Source: Octopus vulgaris
Lineage: Eukaryota
Direction: 5' to 3'
Length of the DNA stretch: 64,000 nucleotides
Assembly: GCA_951406725.2 (NCBI GenBank)
Contig: OX597840.1
Coordinates: forward strand, 27,218,001-27,282,000
Shown here: one piece after another, positions 57,243 to 64,000 of the stretch
Layout: each line of letters begins with the position of its first letter
Numbering within the stretch: position 1 is the stretch's first letter
Translations under genes and position numbers: made by a program
The notes under the pieces: model-generated
What the model saw: the letters and a program-made list of their open reading frames with translations, nothing else
What the model was told of the DNA's origin: nothing
Databases searched by the model: none

Positions 57243-57750
57243 GTCGTCGTCGTCGTCGTCATCATCATCATTGTCATCATCATCATCATCATCATCATCA
57301 TCGTCATCATCATCGTCATCATTATCATCGTCATCATTATCATCGTCATCATCATCATCGTCATCATTATCATCGTCATCATCGTCGTCATCATCATCGT
57401 CGTCATCATCGTCATCATCATTGTCGTCATCATCATCATCGTCATCATCGTCATCATCATCGTCATCGTCATCGTCATCGTCATCATCATCATCGTCATC
57501 ATCATCATCGTCATCATCATCCTCATCGTCATCATCATCATCGTCATCATCATCATCGTCATCATCATCGTCGTCATCATCATCGTCATCATCATCATCG
57601 TCATCATCATCATCGTCATCATCATCGTCGTCATCATCATCGTCATCATCATCATCGTCATCATCATCGTCGTCATCATCATCGTCATCGTCATCACCAT
57701 CATCATCATCATCATCATCGTCATCATCATTTTCGCCGTCGTCGTCACCG
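57196..57750. repeat. (CAT/CGT)n tract
   Basis: Direct reading; explains the poly-H/R, poly-S and poly-D ORFs. Confidence 0.95.
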
Positions 57751-58588
57751 CAAACATTAGCGTTCAATTCAGTGTACAATATCGTTCGTAAATCTTGTTC
57801 CAAGAAAACTGGAATTTTTACCGTTTATATATATTTTTTTTTTCGAATATTCTTGCGATAAAAGATGGCTTCAAAAATCCGCTGCTTGGCGTTTGAAGAG
57901 AAAGTCAGTGACAGCCATGTTAGCGGGAATGTTTAAGGTGTCGTCTGCTTTGAGAATTATTACTTGTCAAAGAATGGGAAAAAATGATTAATTTGGAAGA
58001 GTCAAAATGTTGGTGTTGACTCTAACACTAGGAATGGTTTGGTGCAAAACGGAAGAGTGAGCCTGGGGGCGGGGGTGGGGGAAACTCGTGTAGAAATGAC
58101 AACTACGACGACGACGGTTAGGACAAAAGTTGATGACGACAAAAACCATCGACAGCAAAAACAACAACAACAACAAAAGAAATAACACTAGCAACAATAA
58201 CAACAGCAACAAATAGAAATGTTGCTGTGGGAAGATGAAAAAAAGAGAAATATTAAAACCGAAAAGTGCCTCGCTTGCCCCACCCACCCACACACCGCAA
58301 AAAAAGGAACAAAAGAAGAAAAAATCAAAAACGAAAAGATATCTTTGAGAACGTCAGGTAACAAAATGCCCGATGAAACACGTGACATCATCATCATAAT
58401 CATCATTATAATCATCACGATCGTTATAATCATTTATATGTGTGTGTGTCCATGCGTATATACATATATATGTGTATGCGTGTATACATATATATATATG
58501 TGCCTATGTACGTACGTATATATATACATACATATACATATATGTATGCTAATATATATATAAGTATATATATGTGTATGTATATATA

Positions 58589-58673
<85 letters not shown>

Positions 58674-58680
58674 ATATAAA

Positions 58681-58883
58681 GTTAATCCAAACAAGAAAGC
58701 ACAAAAAAAACACAACGCGAGGACGTGGAACAAATATAGTATTATTGGACGCTCAGGAAAGAAGGAAAGAAGGAGGGTTTAACGTTTCGAGCGAAGCTCT
58801 TCGGCGGAAACATAGGAGAAGGAAAGATCCAGAGAAGGGAAGACGGAGGAAAAAAATCGCCAACGGTATACACGCGGTCACAT
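58681..58883 (-). mobile_element. Repeat family F copy
   Basis: Reverse complement of 38366-38570. Confidence 0.8.
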
Positions 58884-58927
58884 TTTGAATGTATGTATAT
58901 ACATACATACATACATACATACATACA

Positions 58928-58959
<32 letters not shown>

Positions 58960-58991
58960 CATACATATATATATATGCTAATATATATATG

Positions 58992-59077
<86 letters not shown>

Positions 59078-59199
59078 TATTACAATTTGAGTGACAACTC
59101 CTAGTAAAATACTAATCGATGCGGTTAGCCGTAACTCGGAACATAACTGAGAGCTACTATCCGCCCGGATAATATATCCCTAGAAACTCACAGACAGAC

Positions 59200-59278
<79 letters not shown>

Positions 59279-59286
59279 CGATAGAC

Positions 59287-59676
59287 TTTTCTAGTCTAGG
59301 CACAAGGCCCTAAATCTTTGAGGAGAGGCCCAGTCGATTAGATTGACCCCAGTACGAAACTGGTACTTAATTTATCGACTCCGAAAGGATGAAAGGCAAA
59401 GTCGACCTCAGCGGAATTTGAACTCAGAACATCAAGACAGACGAAACACCGCTAAGCGCCCACAAGGGACTATACACAGAGGGGATAAACAAGGACAGAC
59501 AAAAAGATTAAGCCGATTACATCGACCCCAGTGCGTAACTGGTACTTAATTTATCGATCCCGAAAGGATGAAAGGCAAAGTCTACCTCGGCGGAATTTGA
59601 ACTCATAACGTAACAGCAGACGAAATACCGCTAAGCATTTCGCCCGACGTGCTAACGTTTCTGCCAGCTCGCCGCC
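59287..59676 (-). mobile_element. SINE family A dimer
   Basis: Family motifs. Confidence 0.85.
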
Positions 59677-60622
59677 TCGATAGACAGATAGCTATAGACA
59701 TACATACATACATACATACATACATACATACATACATACATACATACATACATACATACATACGTACATACGTACATACATACACACATACATACATACA
59801 TACACACATACATACATACATATATACATACATACATACATACATACACACACACATACATATACATACATACATACATACATACATACATACATACATA
59901 CATACATACATACATACATACATACATACACACATACATACATACATACATACATACATACATACATACATACATACATACATACATACATACATACATA
60001 CATACATACATACATACATACATACATACATACACACATACATACATACATATAGATAGAACAAGCACCTTATAAGAAAGACAATGCATACTTTCTTTAA
60101 AATATTCTAGCAGCGTAGATTCACGAGTCAAATGAATGGCCGTTGTTTGTGTACGGCCACGTCCAATGAAATTACACGTTGGGATTTTTTCTGTAGTCTA
60201 ATTATAGTCCTTTTCTGTAATTTTCTGTTACACCTTTATATGTTACTAAAGTAGGACAGTAGACACAGAACGGAGTAGTGGTGGCCATCGTAGGCAAATA
60301 ATAAAGGTCTACAAAGTGGAATAAACATTCACGTGGTCAGGAGGAGGAGATTAAGAAGGAGGCCAAGAAAGTAAGAAAATGGCGACTGTTATTCTCAAAT
60401 CGTAAAATCTCTCCTTTTCGCTGCGATATACCAATTCCAGTTTCTGAATTTATTTTTGTTTTTTGTTCATTTCTTGTCTTTGCTATTTATAAGCTCAGAT
60501 ATGGCTGCCTGGTGAAGAGGTTCACTTAGCAACCGCGTGATTCTGGATTTAGTTTGTATCCCAATGCATGGCACCTGGAGGAAATGTGTTCGTCTGCAGC
60601 GGAAACTATGGAACCCCATCAC

Positions 60623-60712
<90 letters not shown>

Positions 60713-60925
60713 GCCATGATAGATCGTTAGCCACTGCACACATTTTTTCTCTCCTTGTTTCTCTCCTTGTGTTTTCTGTGTCCCTTTCTGTAGAAGAGCG
60801 TAAAAGACTTTTTCTCTTCCTGAGCGTTATACTAATACATCTGTTTGTTTTGTACACCACCTCTCTTCGTCTTTTGCTTTTTTCTTCGTAAACTTTCCCT
60901 TTATATATATATATATATATATATA

Positions 60926-61331
60926 GGCGCAGGAGTTGCTGTGTGGTAAGTACCTTGCTTACTAACCACATGGTTCCGGGTTCAGTCCCACTGCGTGGCA
61001 CCTTGGGCAAGTGTCTTCTACTATAGCCTCGGGGAGACCAAAGCCTTGTGAGTGGATTTGGTAGACGGAAACTGAAAGAAACCTGTCGTATATATGTATA
61101 TATATGTGTGTGTTTGTGTGTCTGTGTTTGTCCCCACCAACATCGCTTGACAACCGATGCTGGAGTGTTTACGTCCCCGTAACTTAGCGGTTCGGCAAAA
61201 GAGACCGATAGAATAAGTACTAGGCTTACAAAGAATAAGTCCTGGGGTCGATTTGTTCGACTAAAGGCGGTGCTCCAGCATGACCACAGTCAAATGACTG
61301 AAACAAGTAAAAGAGTAAAAGAGTAAAGAGT
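60926..61331 (+). mobile_element. SINE family B
   Basis: Full structure. Confidence 0.9.
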
Positions 61332-61599
61332 ATATATATATATATTTCGTTTTGGGATTTGGTTTGCAAGATTCTTTATATGAGTTCGTGTGTTGAAGCA
61401 TATTCTGTTGTGTCTGGGGAGAGTCATTTTTTGGTGCCTTATTATGTAACACACTCACCAGTAAAATTTCCACTTATTTCTTATTTTTATTTTCCTAAAA
61501 TGTTCGTTGCGTCTTGCAACCTTTTCAATAGTCTTGACTCTCAAGGATATTTACGATGGTAAAGAGGAATATTAGAAAATGAGCCATAACACCTCGAGA

Positions 61600-61867
61600 A
61601 ACGATACAGGGACCACACGAAAGTTATTGAATGAGCGTGTGTGCTAACGATGGTGTGTTACTAAACTCTCTGGTCGGAGTTTGGGTGAGCGAGCATCGTG
61701 TAAATAGTGTCGAGGTACAACTTTGTTTTCAGCCGGATTTTCGACCTTATTGCAAGCCTCACCGGTTCATCCTCCTAACTTTTTCGGATTCTAGACGTCG
61801 AAACAAAGAAAATGATATACTAATCTCGAAAATAGCCGGGTTGGCGCTTACGATACTCTGCTACTAA
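61600..61867 (+). pseudogene. Possible degraded GIY-YIG endonuclease relic (Penelope-like)
   Basis: Frame-broken motifs TGTTRKLLNERV, VSEH and RRNKE...I loosely follow the YIG.T.R.L..R..EH / V.EH / R...E pattern. Confidence 0.25.
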
Positions 61868-62884
61868 ACGTCTCAGATATTAGTAAAAGCTTTTAAGAAT
61901 TTGAAGTAAAAATAGTTTATCGTCTGTCTGAGGGTCAAAAACATGTCTGACACGTTTTTCACATCGAAATCGGTAATATTATATATTTTCTTAAAATAAT
62001 TTTAATATCATTTTTATTAAATTCTTTCTAAATTGAAATGTCTTAGATTTAATTTACTTTTGTGCTATTTCCATCTACATCTTATATTTTAAAAATTTGA
62101 TTTGTATAGATCTCTAATCTTTTTTCAATTAAATATATATATATATATATATGGGTATGTGCGAATGTGCGTCTCTGCACTAGTATATAACAATTCGACT
62201 CAACGAAGTATTTTTCACTGAGACGGCCGTTTAACGAATTATAAGAAAAATTAATTTGATCATTGATAAATGTCTATGTGAAAGAAAAATAATGGCAAGG
62301 GCGAATCTGTTGATCTAACGATATAATTAAATGTAAATAATATTGTCATATTACTAAAAATGCTTCATACTACATACATTATATGCGCTACTAAGAGTTT
62401 CACGTGCATAACGCACGATCATCAGTATGTTCATCAGGATTACTCTTTTTATTGATTCTTACACAAATTATTTTCGTGTATATGTGTGTGTGTGCGCGTA
62501 TATATGTATATTTACTATACACCTAAGGGGAAAATTCCGCTTAATATAATTTTGGCGAGACGTCGTTCCGTTCGTGACCTTCTATCCGAATTTCATGCAA
62601 TCAAATTACCAGAGTCCTTTCCCTTGACTCATTATATTTTGTAATTATGCAAATCTTTTATACAATGCTTGGATTATTTGCTTTGTGTTCTTGGTTCGAA
62701 TTCCTCCAGGGTTCAGTTAGCCTTTCATACTTCCAGGGGTCGACGGAATAAACTAATAATCAACTCTTTAGATCGATCATATCGATTTACACTCCCACCC
62801 ACCACCACCTTATAAAATTGCGGTCTTTCTTCCTCAATTTGGACAAATTATTGAACATTCCACATCTCTCTTTCATTTACCCTA

Positions 62885-62916
<32 letters not shown>

Positions 62917-63703
62917 CCTGCTTCTCTGTTTCTTCTTCTCTCTCCCTCTGTCTCTCTTCCTTCTTTCTCCTCCCCTTTCTTTATCTCTCTCTGTCTCTCT
63001 CTATTTGTTTTTTTCTCTCCCTCTTTCTCTCACTCTTTCTCCCCTCTCTTTCTCTTTTCTTCTCTCCCCTCTCTCGCTCCCTGTTTATCCCTCTCCCTCT
63101 CTCTCTCCTATCACCCCCTTTCCCTCCCTCTCCCACTCTTTCTCTTTACCTTCTCCCCTGTCTCTCATCCTCTCTCCCCTCCCTTTCTCTCCCACTCTTT
63201 CTCTCTTCCTCTCTTCCTGTCACCTTCTCTCTCATTCACTCTCACTCCTCACTCCCTCTCTCTCCTTCTCTCTCCCCCGTTTTCTCTCTCCCTCTCTCTT
63301 TCCATCTTCACACTCCTCCAGCAGTTTCCATACACGGTTACTAGCCGCAAGTCGTTACGTGTTTAAAGAAAGCACACAACCGTATTTGGTTTGTTGCATA
63401 AATTCTTTGCAAAAGACAGGATTAATTCTTCAGCTTTGACGACCGAAAATGGCGCGTTTATCACAGACAAATAGAGAGAATTATGTGACAGAATTTCCCG
63501 ATTATGGGCGTAGCAAACAACATAAATAAATTTTACGGCATTAAATCGTTTAAACTGATGTCAGAAGTCTTTTTTTCTTCCTTCGGAAATTGTAGCATAG
63601 ACGGTAACTGAGCCAATATTTTACCTTGTCTAAAATGGTTGTCGACCATTTTTTTTTACATCCGGGCCCCCATAATTACTATTTTATTCTAGTGGACCCT
63701 ATT

Positions 63704-64000
63704 TGTTTCAGTCATAAAACTGCGCCCATGTTGGGACACCACCTTAAGGAATCTTTAGTCCAATGAATCGACTCTAGTACTTTTATTCTTTTCTTTTTAA
63801 GACTGGTAGATATTCTATCGTTCTCTTTGGACGAACCGCAAAAATACAGTGACGTAACCACATCAACACTGGTTACATACAGCAGGATTCTTTCAGTTTC
63901 CGTCTACAAAACTCAATCGCAAGTCCCATTCACAGGTCGGCCCGTGGCTATAGCAGAAGACACTTGCTCAAGGTGTCACACAGTGGGATTGAACCCGGAA
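63704..64000 (-). mobile_element. Diverged SINE family B, running off the window
   Basis: Reverse-complement family B motifs. Confidence 0.75.

Noticed and set aside
57095-57861. His/Arg-, Ser- and Asp-rich ORFs
   Set aside because: Pure (CAT/CGT)n microsatellite.

Overview
Eukaryotic, AT-rich, repeat-saturated non-coding DNA (intergenic or a very large intron). The SINE families and microsatellite load resemble what I recall of Octopus genomes; this is recall, not a database result. No host protein-coding exon is supportable, and almost all ORFs in the track are translated microsatellites. Real coding remnants are transposon-derived: an internally deleted mariner (6137-6702), R4/Dong-type RLE LINE fragments in (TAA)n tracts, a tandem CR1-type 3' end, a degraded RTE-type RT and a possible GIY-YIG relic. 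Four tRNA-headed SINE families (my labels A-D) occur in dozens of copies, with multimers, tail swaps and inverted clusters. The most notable signal is a set of short non-coding modules embedded in (TA)n that carry minimal type I hammerhead ribozyme folds with palindromic helix III. The best are 31557-31599 (+), 38196-38282 (+) and 39651-39726 (-), plus an inverted pair at about 14.9/15.8 kb and a multi-copy variant-core family. They are consistent with non-autonomous Penelope-like or retrozyme-type elements.
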